Source of the DNA: Bdellovibrionales bacterium
GTDB lineage: Bacteria > Bdellovibrionota > Bdellovibrionia > Bdellovibrionales > UBA1609
Length of the DNA: 64,000 bases
NCBI GenBank assembly: GCA_015163875.1
Contig: JAAOIH010000003.1
Location: 10,347 to 74,346 of the forward strand
Reading direction: 5' to 3'
Shown: positions 1-9,312 of the stretch, one piece after another
How positions within the stretch are numbered: position 1 is the stretch's first letter
Layout: each line of letters opens with the position of its first letter
The notes under the pieces: model-generated
The model's database searches: none
What the model was told of the DNA's origin: nothing
Seen by the model: the letters and a program-made list of their open reading frames with translations, nothing else
Made by a program: the position numbers and the translations under genes

Positions 1-786
1 AAACAGTTAAAACAAGGCACAAGCTTACATATTTGGATTTTAAAAAATAATTTTTTTGAAAAAAAAAATAATATTAATGAAAGCAAACATATTGGAAAAG
101 TTTTAATACAAATGCCAGCCATTCCTGTAGTTTTAACACAAAATTTAGGCTCTATATTTGTAGAGTCTTGGAAGTCCTCTTTAACAATTAATAAATGGAG
201 CGGAAATATAAATGTTAAAAATACTCAATCTAATTTAAATATTTTTTCTCAAAAAGGAGATGTTAATATAGATAACTATAAAGGAAAATTAAAAATAGAA
301 TCTTATAATAATAAACTAAGTGTCAGAAAATCTAGTGGTGTTTTTAGATTTAATATTTTTAGTGGAGGGGTAGTTTTTAATAAATTAAAAGCTAATATTG
401 AGCTTACTACTTATAACGCAAGTTTAGCTGCCAGTGACATTGAAGGATTTTTATCAGCTAAGGCTAAAAATTCATATATTAAATTAAAAAATATTAAATC
501 AACTACAAAAATTAATATTAATAAAGGCGAGGTAAAAGTTAACAAAGTAGGACCTGCATCTTTAAAGATTTCAAGTTTGGGGAGAGCCTCTATTAATGTT
601 AATTTAGATGGCAGATCTGCTAAAGTAAGATTATTAAGCTACAGGTTTAAAACAAAAGCTCCGTCTAGCTTAAAGCGCAAATCTTTGGGAAAGGGAGAGC
701 AAGTTACAGGAATTTTATCAGGAACTAGCCCTAAAGCTTTTGTGGTTTTAAAAAGTAGGGAAGGTAGAATCACATTAAACCCTTAA
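1..786 (+). CDS. hypothetical repetitive beta-strand protein (DUF4097/putative-adhesin-like); 5' end outside the window
   Basis: Frame 1 has no stop from nt 1 to the ATG at 112, so the 224-aa track ORF is probably a truncated view. The product has degenerate repeats of G-x-[IV]-x-[IV]-x-N/K type (SGNINVKN, KGDVNIDN, KGEVKVNK). Confidence 0.5.
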   Translation, partial: KQLKQGTSLHIWILKNNFFEKKNNINESKHIGKVLIQMPAIPVVLTQNLGSIFVESWKSSLTINKWSGNINVKNTQSNLNIFSQKGDVNIDNYKGKLKIESYNNKLSVRKSSGVFRFNIFSGGVVFNKLKANIELTTYNASLAASDIEGFLSAKAKNSYIKLKNIKSTTKININKGEVKVNKVGPASLKISSLGRASINVNLDGRSAKVRLLSYRFKTKAPSSLKRKSLGKGEQVTGILSGTSPKAFVVLKSREGRITLNP

Positions 787-886
787 TGCAAAAAGTTTGC
801 TCTTTGTATTAAACTTTGATATTTAATCAGTGAATGATTTTGTATAAATATGTAATTAGTAATTAAAAAATAATGTAAATAAAACA

Positions 887-928
887 AATAAAATAAGGTA
901 AATAAAATAAGGTAAATAAAATAAGGTA
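887..928. repeat. 3 x 14-bp perfect tandem repeat AATAAAATAAGGTA ending 7 nt before the ATG at 935
   Basis: Read directly from the sequence. Each unit carries an AAGGT Shine-Dalgarno-like core, and the last copy is correctly spaced for the start at 935. Confidence 0.9.
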
Positions 929-934
929 AATAAT

Positions 935-1729
935 ATGGCAAAAGCAAAAAAAAATACAAAAAAAAAATTAGCTAAAAAAAAATTAGCTAAAAAAAAGACT
1001 GCTAAAAAATCTACAAAAAAGAAAGTAGCTAAAAAATCTACAAAAAAGAATACAAAAAAGAAAGTAGCTAAAAAGAATACAAAAAAGAAAGTAGTTAAAA
1101 AAAAATCTGCTAAAAAATCTGCCAAAAAGAAAAAAGTTACAAAAAAGAAAGTAAAAAAGAATACAAAAAAGAAAACAGCAAAAAAAGCAAAAAAGAAAGT
1201 TAAAAAGAATACAAAAAAGAAAAAAGTTACAAAAAAGAATACAAAAAAGAATACAAAAAAGAAAACAGCAAAGAATACAAAAAAGAAAACAGCAAAGAAT
1301 ACAAAAAAGAAAACAGCAAAGATTGCAAAAAAGCTTTCTAAAAAAGAAGCTAAAAAACTAGACAAAAAAACTAAAAAAGAAACCTCTAAGTCAAAAAAAG
1401 CAGAAGCTGCAGATACGCCATCTATATTATCCTCTCAATTTTTGGGTGAATTAGACAGCTTAACAAATAAAGACAATGTTGTTTTAACAGACGCTGATGG
1501 ATATCAATTTTGTGAAGTATCTGGCTGTGATCAAATTGCTATAGCTCATAAATGGTGCAGATTGCATTTTTTAATGAAATGGGAAGTTCCATATATGACA
1601 GATGCTGTGTCTGAAAAAATTTTAGGAAAGTATATTAAAGACTTAACATCAGGATATTCTAAAGAATATATTGAATATTTATTTTCTGTGGTTTCTAGCC
1701 CTAAAAAATTAAATAAATTTTCTAAATGA
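935..1729 (+). CDS. lysine-rich histone-H1-like / nucleoid-associated-like protein with C-terminal Cys/His module
   Basis: The N-terminal ~150 aa are almost pure K/A/T/V repeats (KKxxAKK, NTKKKTAK x3 from 24-bp DNA repeats at 1249-1320). The C-terminal ~100 aa are non-repetitive and carry C-x4-C-x9-C-x2-H (CEVSGC...WCRLH). SD-like AAGGT lies upstream. The antisense poly-Phe ORF is a shadow. Confidence 0.75.
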   Translation: MAKAKKNTKKKLAKKKLAKKKTAKKSTKKKVAKKSTKKNTKKKVAKKNTKKKVVKKKSAKKSAKKKKVTKKKVKKNTKKKTAKKAKKKVKKNTKKKKVTKKNTKKNTKKKTAKNTKKKTAKNTKKKTAKIAKKLSKKEAKKLDKKTKKETSKSKKAEAADTPSILSSQFLGELDSLTNKDNVVLTDADGYQFCEVSGCDQIAIAHKWCRLHFLMKWEVPYMTDAVSEKILGKYIKDLTSGYSKEYIEYLFSVVSSPKKLNKFSK

Positions 1730-1804
1730 CACTTGTTTATATTTTAAAAATCTTATATTTTATGTGTGTATTAACATATAACTCAAACAAACAAAAAGGT
1801 TGCT

Positions 1805-2341
1805 GTGCTGTCTCGTAAAATTATTGTTCCAGTTGCATTAGTTGTTATATTGCTGTCTTTGTCTGTTTGGATTTTTCTTGTAACAAATAATAAAGTAGTA
1901 TTTGGTTACAATATTAACTACCAGCCCACACAGCCAATTGCTTATTCTCATAAACTTCATGCAGGAAAATACAAAATTGATTGCAGATATTGTCATTCAA
2001 ATGTTGATAAATCTAGACACGCAACTATTCCTAGTTTAAATATTTGTATGAACTGCCACTTGTCTGTTAAAACAGGCAGCCCGTTAATTCAAAAATTAAG
2101 TCAGCAATATATAAATAACAAACCTGTAGAATGGCAAAAAGTTCATCTGTTGCCAGATTATGTAAAATTTGACCACTCAAAACATGTTAATGCAGGTAAG
2201 AAGTGTCAAGATTGTCATGGTCAGATAGAAAACATGGAAGAGGTTTTTCAAAAAGAAAGTTTGTCTATGGGCTGGTGTGTGGATTGTCATAGAAAAAAAG
2301 AAAATAACGCACCAACAAGTTGTGTAACTTGTCATTATTAA
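1805..2341 (+). CDS. actA: Alternative Complex III subunit ActA, pentahaem cytochrome c
   Basis: GTG start and N-terminal TM anchor. Five CxxCH motifs (CRYCH, CMNCH, CQDCH, CVDCH, CVTCH). First gene of the act-type order. Confidence 0.85.
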   Translation: MLSRKIIVPVALVVILLSLSVWIFLVTNNKVVFGYNINYQPTQPIAYSHKLHAGKYKIDCRYCHSNVDKSRHATIPSLNICMNCHLSVKTGSPLIQKLSQQYINNKPVEWQKVHLLPDYVKFDHSKHVNAGKKCQDCHGQIENMEEVFQKESLSMGWCVDCHRKKENNAPTSCVTCHY

Positions 2342-2376
2342 TACAGGGATTATTTTTAATTAAAAGGATTTAGCTA

Positions 2377-5300
2377 ATGGAAAAAGAAATTAAACATACA
2401 GAAAAAACAAAAATTAATAAAAAAATAATTTTACCTAAAGATAAACCAGAAAGTGGTTACTGGCAGAGCCTTGCGGAACTACAAAACACAGAAGACTTTA
2501 AAAAATCTGTTGCTAATGAATTTGCTACAACTCCAACAGAAAAAGAAAAAGAAGAAGGTTGGGCAAGAAGAGATTTTTTAAAATTAATGGGAGCAAGCCT
2601 TGCTTTAAGCACTTTTGCTTGCACAAGAAAACCTACTCAAAAAATTGTACCTTATGTTAAAAGACCAGACGATGTTATCCCAGGAATTGCAAATCATTAT
2701 GCTTCAAGCTTTGTTGACGGTTCAGAAGTTTTTGGAATAGTTGTAAAAACTAGAGAAGGCCGACCTATTAAAATTGAAGCTAACCAAGAATATCCAGGCT
2801 CATTAAAAAAAATTTCTATGCGAGCAACAGCCAGTGTATTATCTTTGTATGATCCAGATAGATTAAAAGCTCCAGCACAACATTTATTAAATTCTAAAAA
2901 AACTAATTACGACAGCTTGCCAATAAAATGGAAAAAATTAGACGCTGCAGTAGTTAAAGAATTAAAAAAATCTTCAGTTGGAATATTAACTGGAAGCATA
3001 AGCTCTCCAAGTACAAAAGCTTTAATTTATAATTTTAAACAAGCTTACAAAGCTCGACATTATTCTTGGGATATAGAAAATTTTGACTCTTTAAAACAAG
3101 CACAAAAAATATCTTACGGCACAAGCCTTGTTCCTCATTACAGATTAGATAAAGCAAAAATGATTTTATCAGTAGGGGCAGATTTTTTAGGTTCGTATTT
3201 GTCTCCAACAGAAATGTCTGGATTATTTGCAAAAGGTCGCAAGCCCTCTAAAAATATGAGCAAACTTGTTATGTTTGAATCAGGATTATCTTTAACTGGG
3301 TCAAACGCAGATATTAGACACGGAGTTAAATCTTCTGAGTACTTAAGTATTTTAATGGGAGTTTTATACCAATTAATTATAGTAAAAAAACGATCATCTT
3401 ATGCTTGGGATAAAAATCTTCGTCAAATTTTAACAAATTATAACGAAAGTATTTCTTTAGTAGAATTAAATAAAAAATTAAATTTATCAAATATCGCAGA
3501 TGAATTATGGAGCAACCGCAAAAAAAGTTTAGTTATCACGGGAGGTGTTTCGACCGAAACAAAAGACTCTACTTTGCTACACATAACTGCTAATTTTTTA
3601 AATACATTATTATCTAATGACGGTAGAGTTGTAGATTACAAAGAATCTAATTACACATCTTTTAAATCTTCTGAAAAAGATTTAACTAAACTTATTTTAG
3701 ATATTAAATCAGGATTGGTTAAAAGATTAATTATTCATGACACTAATCTTTTATACAGCAATGCAGGTAATAAAGATTTATTAAAAGCTTTAAAAAAATT
3801 AAAATTATTAGTTTATATAGGATCTCATTTAGACGAAACTGCTAAAATTAGTAATTTTGTTGCACCAGATAATCACTCATTAGAAAAATGGGGAGATAAC
3901 CAAGGGCAAAATAAATTATACTCTATAATGCAGCCGACTATTTCACCTCTTTATGACACAAGGTCTTTTCAGGACTCTTTAATATCTTGGATTAAAGAAG
4001 TAAAAGTTTTTAATTCAAAAGATTATTATTCTTATTTAAAAAATTATTGGCGTTATCAATTTTATCCTAAATACAAAAAAACAAATCAAACATTTGATGA
4101 TTTTTGGTTTGATATTTTGCAAAAAGGTTTTGTAGATGCAAATAAAAATCGCTATAAAACTAACAACTCTGTTCGTAAATTTAATATGTCTGCTTTGTCA
4201 TGGCTAAAACCAAGTTTGCCTCTTAATTCATACGAGCTATCTTTAGATTCTAACATTGCCACTCGTTCTGGAAAAATGACAAATGTATCTTGGCTCCAAG
4301 AAGTTCCTAACCCTATAACAAAAATTTGTTGGGATAATTATTTATCTATACCTTTATCAATGGCAGATAAAGAAAATTTAAAACAAGGCCAAGTTGTTGA
4401 ATTAAAAACCTCCACAGATAAAAATGCAGAAACTATAAAAGTTCCAATTCATATTCAGCCAGGACAAGCTGATAATACTATGTCTTTATTTATTGGGTAC
4501 GGACAAACTTATGGCTCGGTAGCTAAAGGAGTTGGTGTTAATGCGTTTGCATTACTAAACTTTATTAAAAATAAAAAAGTTTATGCAGGCATGCCAGCAT
4601 TTATTAAAAAAACTAGCAAAATTAATTTATTAGCAAGTACTCAAAGCCAACATAGTATGCAAGGTCGCCGTATTGTTATTGAAAAAACTTTAGATGATAT
4701 TTTAACTTTAACAAAACCTATTGAAAGCCGAGAGAAACAACCAACTTTGTGGTCTACTATAAAATACAAAGGACAAAAGTGGGGAATGAGTATTGATTTA
4801 AATACATGCACTGGTTGCTCAAGCTGTGTGATTGCTTGTCAGTCTGAAAACAATATTCCTACAGTTGGAAAAAAATATGTTTCAGAAGGAAGGTCAATGC
4901 ATTGGATGCGAATTGATAGATACCACACTGGTGATGCAAAAAACCCTGATACAGTTTTTCAACCAGTAACTTGTCAGCATTGTGATGAAGCTCCATGTGA
5001 AACTGTTTGTCCAGTTGCTGCAACCGTTCATGGTGATGAGGGGACTAACGACATGATTTATAACAGATGTGTTGGCACTCGTTATTGTGCAAACAATTGT
5101 CCTTATAAAGTTCGTAGATTTAATTGGTTTGATTTTACTAAATTAAGCACACCTCTAGAGATGTCTTTAAATCCAGAAGTTAGTGTTCGTGACAGAGGTG
5201 TTATGGAAAAATGTTCTTTTTGTTTACACAAAGTAACAGAACTTAGACATAAAAAATCTGTTGATAAAAAAACTAAACATATTAATGATGGCGAAGTGCA

Positions 5301-5523
5301 AACTGCCTGCCAAGAAGCTTGTCCGACTAATGCTATTAATTTTGGCGACAGCAATGATAAAAAAACAAAAGTGTCTAAAGATTTTGCAAGTAAAAGAGCT
5401 TACACTTTATTGCATGAACTAAATTTAAAACCAGGATTAAGATACAAAGCAAAAGTAAAAAATGTAAAAAAATTAAAATCAGAAAAAAAATCTTCTAAGC
5501 ACGGGGGGTCTAGTCATGGCTAA
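2377..5523 (+). CDS. actB: ACIII subunit ActB (molybdopterin-oxidoreductase-like domain fused to a 4Fe-4S ferredoxin domain)
   Basis: Twin-arginine motif [14 protein letters not shown]. Large MopB-like N-terminal part. C-terminal Cys clusters ([44 protein letters not shown]). Confidence 0.9.
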   Translation: MEKEIKHTEKTKINKKIILPKDKPESGYWQSLAELQNTEDFKKSVANEFATTPTEKEKEEGWARRDFLKLMGASLALSTFACTRKPTQKIVPYVKRPDDVIPGIANHYASSFVDGSEVFGIVVKTREGRPIKIEANQEYPGSLKKISMRATASVLSLYDPDRLKAPAQHLLNSKKTNYDSLPIKWKKLDAAVVKELKKSSVGILTGSISSPSTKALIYNFKQAYKARHYSWDIENFDSLKQAQKISYGTSLVPHYRLDKAKMILSVGADFLGSYLSPTEMSGLFAKGRKPSKNMSKLVMFESGLSLTGSNADIRHGVKSSEYLSILMGVLYQLIIVKKRSSYAWDKNLRQILTNYNESISLVELNKKLNLSNIADELWSNRKKSLVITGGVSTETKDSTLLHITANFLNTLLSNDGRVVDYKESNYTSFKSSEKDLTKLILDIKSGLVKRLIIHDTNLLYSNAGNKDLLKALKKLKLLVYIGSHLDETAKISNFVAPDNHSLEKWGDNQGQNKLYSIMQPTISPLYDTRSFQDSLISWIKEVKVFNSKDYYSYLKNYWRYQFYPKYKKTNQTFDDFWFDILQKGFVDANKNRYKTNNSVRKFNMSALSWLKPSLPLNSYELSLDSNIATRSGKMTNVSWLQEVPNPITKICWDNYLSIPLSMADKENLKQGQVVELKTSTDKNAETIKVPIHIQPGQADNTMSLFIGYGQTYGSVAKGVGVNAFALLNFIKNKKVYAGMPAFIKKTSKINLLASTQSQHSMQGRRIVIEKTLDDILTLTKPIESREKQPTLWSTIKYKGQKWGMSIDLNTCTGCSSCVIACQSENNIPTVGKKYVSEGRSMHWMRIDRYHTGDAKNPDTVFQPVTCQHCDEAPCETVCPVAATVHGDEGTNDMIYNRCVGTRYCANNCPYKVRRFNWFDFTKLSTPLEMSLNPEVSVRDRGVMEKCSFCLHKVTELRHKKSVDKKTKHINDGEVQTACQEACPTNAINFGDSNDKKTKVSKDFASKRAYTLLHELNLKPGLRYKAKVKNVKKLKSEKKSSKHGGSSHG

Positions 5524-6868
5524 AAGACCCATTTTAGTATTAGACAATAAAGATTACAAACAAGTTACAGAAGATGTGTGCTCGTTAGTTGAAACAGTTC
5601 CTGGAAAAAATTTTTTTGCATTACTACTAGCTTCTAAATCTTTACTTTTATATTTTATAATTACAATGGGGTTAATTGCAGTTTATGGAATGGGATTAAT
5701 GGGAGTAAACAGCCCAGTAGGCTGGGGTACTGACATTGTTACTTTTGTTTTTTGGATTGGTATCGGACATGCAGGAACTTTAATTTCTGCTATTTTATTT
5801 TTATTTAGGCAAAAATGGAGAACCTCTATTGCAAGAACCGCAGAAGCTATGACTGTATTTGCAGTAATGACTGCAGGAATTTTTCCATTACTTCATACAG
5901 GTAGGCCGTGGCTAGCGCATTGGTTATTACCTTACCCAAATCAGCGCGGACCATTATGGGTAAATTTTAGATCACCTTTAATTTGGGATGTATTTGCAGT
6001 TTCTACATACGCTTTAGTGTCTATGACTTTTTGGTATGTAGGTTTAGTTCCTGATTTAGCAACTGTTAGAGACAGAGCAAAAAATAAAGTTCGTAAATTT
6101 ATATACGGAGTTTTATCTATGGGGTGGAGGGGTACCGCCAGACATTGGAACCATTACGAAATGGTTTATATGATTCTTGCAGGATTATCTACTCCTTTAG
6201 TTTTATCTGTGCATAGTATTGTATCTTTTGACTTTGCAGTTTCACAATTGCCAGGTTGGCATACTACTATTTTTCCACCTTACTTTGTTGCTGGTGCAGT
6301 ATTTTCTGGCTTTGCAATGGTTGTAACTTTAATGTCTATTTTACGAACAGTAATCCCTCATTTTAAACACTATGTAACAGTAAATCATTTAGAGTTAATG
6401 AATAAAATTATTATGACCACAAGTTTGCTTGTAGGATATTCTTACGCTGCTGAATTTTTTATTGCATGGTACTCAGGTCACGGAGTAGAGCAATATGCTT
6501 TTATTAACAGAGCTTTTGGCCCTTACTGGTGGTCTTATTGGATAATGGTTTCATGTAATGTAATTATACCACAACTTTTTTGGTTTAAAAAAATTCGTCG
6601 CAACTTAATAGTAATGTTTATTATTTCTATTTTTGTAAATATTGGAATGTGGTTTGAAAGATTTGTAATCACAGTAACATCTTTACATAGAGATTTTTTA
6701 CCTTCTAGCTGGGGAATGTTTAATTTTTCGGCCTATGATTTAGGTGCAATTTTTGGTAGCTTTGGTTTATTTTTTATGTTGTTTTTAATTTACTTAAGAG
6801 TATTTCCATCTATTTCTATGTCAGAGGTAAAACCTGTATTAAAAGTGGGGCGTGATGATGAACACTAA
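5516..6868 (+). CDS. actC: ACIII subunit ActC (NrfD/PsrC-family quinol-interacting membrane subunit)
   Basis: Polytopic membrane protein of ~450 aa with NrfD-like sequence. Overlaps actB by 8 nt. Confidence 0.85.
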   Translation: MAKRPILVLDNKDYKQVTEDVCSLVETVPGKNFFALLLASKSLLLYFIITMGLIAVYGMGLMGVNSPVGWGTDIVTFVFWIGIGHAGTLISAILFLFRQKWRTSIARTAEAMTVFAVMTAGIFPLLHTGRPWLAHWLLPYPNQRGPLWVNFRSPLIWDVFAVSTYALVSMTFWYVGLVPDLATVRDRAKNKVRKFIYGVLSMGWRGTARHWNHYEMVYMILAGLSTPLVLSVHSIVSFDFAVSQLPGWHTTIFPPYFVAGAVFSGFAMVVTLMSILRTVIPHFKHYVTVNHLELMNKIIMTTSLLVGYSYAAEFFIAWYSGHGVEQYAFINRAFGPYWWSYWIMVSCNVIIPQLFWFKKIRRNLIVMFIISIFVNIGMWFERFVITVTSLHRDFLPSSWGMFNFSAYDLGAIFGSFGLFFMLFLIYLRVFPSISMSEVKPVLKVGRDDEH

Positions 6869-7445
6869 AAACACAATTATACAAAAAATAAAAACTATAT
6901 TTTGTAAAATAGAAAATTATATAAAAAGTCCAACTAAAAAAGGAACCGCTGCTTTTTGGTTAGACGATCATCAATTAATTAAAGCCGCTAAAGAAATGAC
7001 AGACAGTGGATTTTCTGGATTCGAAGCTGTATCACCTTTTCCATTACACGGAATTGACGAAGCTATGAACATACCAAGATCATTTATCCCTTGGGCAACA
7101 TTTTTTTTAGGTTTAACAGGTTGTGCTTTTGGTATTTGGTTTACATGGTGGGTTGCTGTAGTTGATTGGCCTTTAAATATTGGAGGTAAGCCGATGTGGT
7201 CTTTTGCTGCTTTTATACCTATTATTTTTGAGCTAACTATTTTGTTTGCAGCATTAGGCTCGGTTGCTTTAATGTTTTTTATAAACGGATTACCTAGTGT
7301 TAACCCTCCCATTTTAGATAAAGATATAACAAGTCATAAATTTGCAATTTTTATTCCCGAAGAAGAAATTAAAGGCAGAGGTGCAGAGCTTGAGCAAATT
7401 TTTAATAAATTTGGAGCTATAGAAGTTAAGCAATCAGAATTTTAA
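6852..7445 (+). CDS. actD: ACIII subunit ActD (DUF3341-type membrane protein)
   Basis: Position in the operon, motif [12 protein letters not shown] followed by two TM helices, and overlap with the actC stop. Confidence 0.7.
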   Translation: MMMNTKNTIIQKIKTIFCKIENYIKSPTKKGTAAFWLDDHQLIKAAKEMTDSGFSGFEAVSPFPLHGIDEAMNIPRSFIPWATFFLGLTGCAFGIWFTWWVAVVDWPLNIGGKPMWSFAAFIPIIFELTILFAALGSVALMFFINGLPSVNPPILDKDITSHKFAIFIPEEEIKGRGAELEQIFNKFGAIEVKQSEF

Positions 7446-7455
7446 AAAGGTTATT

Positions 7456-8034
7456 ATGAATAAAAAAAAATTACACAAACTATTTATAAACACAGTCTAT
7501 AGTTTATTGCCTGCCTTATTAATTGCATCTTGTAACGCTGGTAAAAATCAAACAAATTACGAAACAAGTATGGGTATGTTTGAACAAAAATCTTTAAAAG
7601 CACAAGGTTTTAATAAAAACAATAATAAACATAATTTTATTACACCTCCAAAGGGAAGTGTGTCTAAGGAAAAAGAAAAATTTTTATACAAACAAGCCTA
7701 TCAGGCAGAAAAAAATTTAAAAAATCCTTTTAAAAAAAAATATACTGCAGAAGTTTTACTAAATGGAAAAAACCTTTATACTATTTACTGTGCACTTTGC
7801 CATGGAAAAACAGGATTAGGGGACGGTCAAATTGCAGCTAAAATGATTATTAAACCACCATCTTTGTTGTCTTATAAAATAAGAAAATCATCTGATGGAT
7901 TAATTTATTATATTATTAAAAAAGGACAAGGTTTAATGGGGTCTTATGCTAATCAAATCCCTAAGCCAGAGGACAGATGGGCAATTATAAATTATATTAG
8001 AACATTACAAAAATTTAATAATACAGTGAAGTAA
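7456..8034 (+). CDS. actE: ACIII subunit ActE, monohaem cytochrome c lipoprotein
   Basis: Lipobox LLIASC and a single CALCH haem motif. The stop codon lies inside the first unit of the 12-bp tandem repeat. Confidence 0.8.
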   Translation: MNKKKLHKLFINTVYSLLPALLIASCNAGKNQTNYETSMGMFEQKSLKAQGFNKNNNKHNFITPPKGSVSKEKEKFLYKQAYQAEKNLKNPFKKKYTAEVLLNGKNLYTIYCALCHGKTGLGDGQIAAKMIIKPPSLLSYKIRKSSDGLIYYIIKKGQGLMGSYANQIPKPEDRWAIINYIRTLQKFNNTVK

Positions 8035-8106
8035 ACAGTGAAGTAAACAGTGAAGTAAACAGTGAAGTATACAGTGAAGTAAACAGTGAAGTAAACAGCT
8101 AAGTAA
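8023..8106. repeat. 7 x 12-bp tandem repeat ACAGTGAAGTAA (units 4 and 7 have one substitution each)
   Basis: Read directly from the sequence. Unit 1 encodes the last residues and stop of actE (T-V-K-stop). The other perfect units also read T-V-K-stop in the same frame (unit 4 reads T-V-K-Y and unit 7 T-A-K-stop). The array ends 12 nt before the actF GTG. Confidence 0.95.
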
Positions 8107-8118
8107 GTTGGGGGTTGA

Positions 8119-9309
8119 GTGAAACAAGAAATGATAAATAATAATACAAAACCAGAATGGATTATTTCATCTAAAGCAAAAAATTTATTTGTAAGTTTTA
8201 TGTTTATTGGAGTTGTAGCCTTTGGATTTACAATGATTACAGACAGCCTTCGTGCGTGGTCTTCTTTTTTGGTAAGCTTTTTTTTCTTTACTAGTTTAGC
8301 TTTAGGTGGATTATTTTTTGTTGCTTTGCAATTTTTAACTAATGCAGGCTGGAGTGTAAACATTCGTCGATATGCCGAAGCAATGAGCAGTTTTTTACCT
8401 TGGGCATTTGGACTATCTATAGTATTTTTTTTAGGAGCTAAAAATATTTATATATGGTTTGATGCTTCAAATATGATAGGTGATCATGCCTTAGAGGGAA
8501 AAATATCTTATTTAAACCCGACATCTTTTTTTATTAGGCTTGTTTTATTTTTTTCAGCTTGGATTGTTTTACAAAAATGGATTATGAAAATTACTTTGGC
8601 AGACAAAGCAAAAGATATGTATAAAAAAGTAGTTAAGCCGTCTGTTATTTTTTTAATTGTATTTGCTCTTTCTTATTCTTTATTTAGTGTTGATTTGTTA
8701 ATGAGCTTAAACCCTCATTGGTATTCTACTATTTTTGGAGTTTATAATTTTGCCGGATTATTTCAATCAACTTTGGCATTTATAATTCTTTTTGTTTTAT
8801 ATGCTTTAAAAAAATCTTGGATTAAAGGATATGTAAGCGAAAATCATTTACACGATTTGGGAAAATTACTTTTTGGCTTTACTACCTTTTGGGCATACAT
8901 TGCATTTAGTCAGTTTATGTTAATTTGGTATGCTAATATACCAGAAGAAACAATTTATTTTTTAGATCGTTTTAATGGCGAGTGGATATGGGTATCTATT
9001 GCATTACTTGTGTTTAAATTTATTGTACCTTTTATTGCTTTGCTTCCACAATGGGCTAAAAGAAATCCATCCCATCTTTGTGCAGTGTCTTTTTTAATTT
9101 TATTTATGCAGTTTATAGATGTTTACTGGATGGTTTACCCACACTATTCTAAATCTGTAATTAAATTTTCTTTTGCAGAGGTTGGAATATTTTTAGGATT
9201 TTTAGGTTTATTTTTATACACAAGTACAAAATTTTTAGAAAAACATTCTTTAATTCCAAAAGATGATCCCTTTCATGACGAGTCAACTAGCCACGAAGTG
9301 GTTTACTAA
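8119..9309 (+). CDS. actF: ACIII subunit ActF (second NrfD-like membrane subunit)
   Basis: Polytopic membrane protein. GTG start preceded by GGGGG at 8110-8114. Last gene of the canonical actABCDEF order. Confidence 0.75.
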   Translation: MKQEMINNNTKPEWIISSKAKNLFVSFMFIGVVAFGFTMITDSLRAWSSFLVSFFFFTSLALGGLFFVALQFLTNAGWSVNIRRYAEAMSSFLPWAFGLSIVFFLGAKNIYIWFDASNMIGDHALEGKISYLNPTSFFIRLVLFFSAWIVLQKWIMKITLADKAKDMYKKVVKPSVIFLIVFALSYSLFSVDLLMSLNPHWYSTIFGVYNFAGLFQSTLAFIILFVLYALKKSWIKGYVSENHLHDLGKLLFGFTTFWAYIAFSQFMLIWYANIPEETIYFLDRFNGEWIWVSIALLVFKFIVPFIALLPQWAKRNPSHLCAVSFLILFMQFIDVYWMVYPHYSKSVIKFSFAEVGIFLGFLGLFLYTSTKFLEKHSLIPKDDPFHDESTSHEVVY

Positions 9310-9312
9310 TTT

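Noticed and set aside
856-1365. 169-aa minus-strand ORF, almost pure Phe/Val/Ala
   Set aside because: It is the antisense shadow of the lysine-rich (AAA/AAG-rich) gene at 935-1729, with no RBS and a nonsensical composition. The minus-strand ORFs at 7992-8363 and 34005-34394 are shadows of the same kind across repeat tracts.
3035-3232. Many short (60-115 aa) antisense ORFs inside large conserved genes, e.g. 3035-3232, 5103-5354, 6971-7312, 14006-14224, 17518-17811, 35505-35792, 41065-41412, 42073-42357, 49990-50262, 58977-59222
   Set aside because: Each is fully embedded antisense in a gene with strong homology-type evidence. None has an RBS or motif, so I treat them as chance ORFs.
8023-8106. 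Could the 12-bp, 13-bp or 14-bp arrays be CRISPR or CRISPR-like?
   Set aside because: The units are directly tandem with no spacers, are far shorter than CRISPR repeats, and no cas genes are present.
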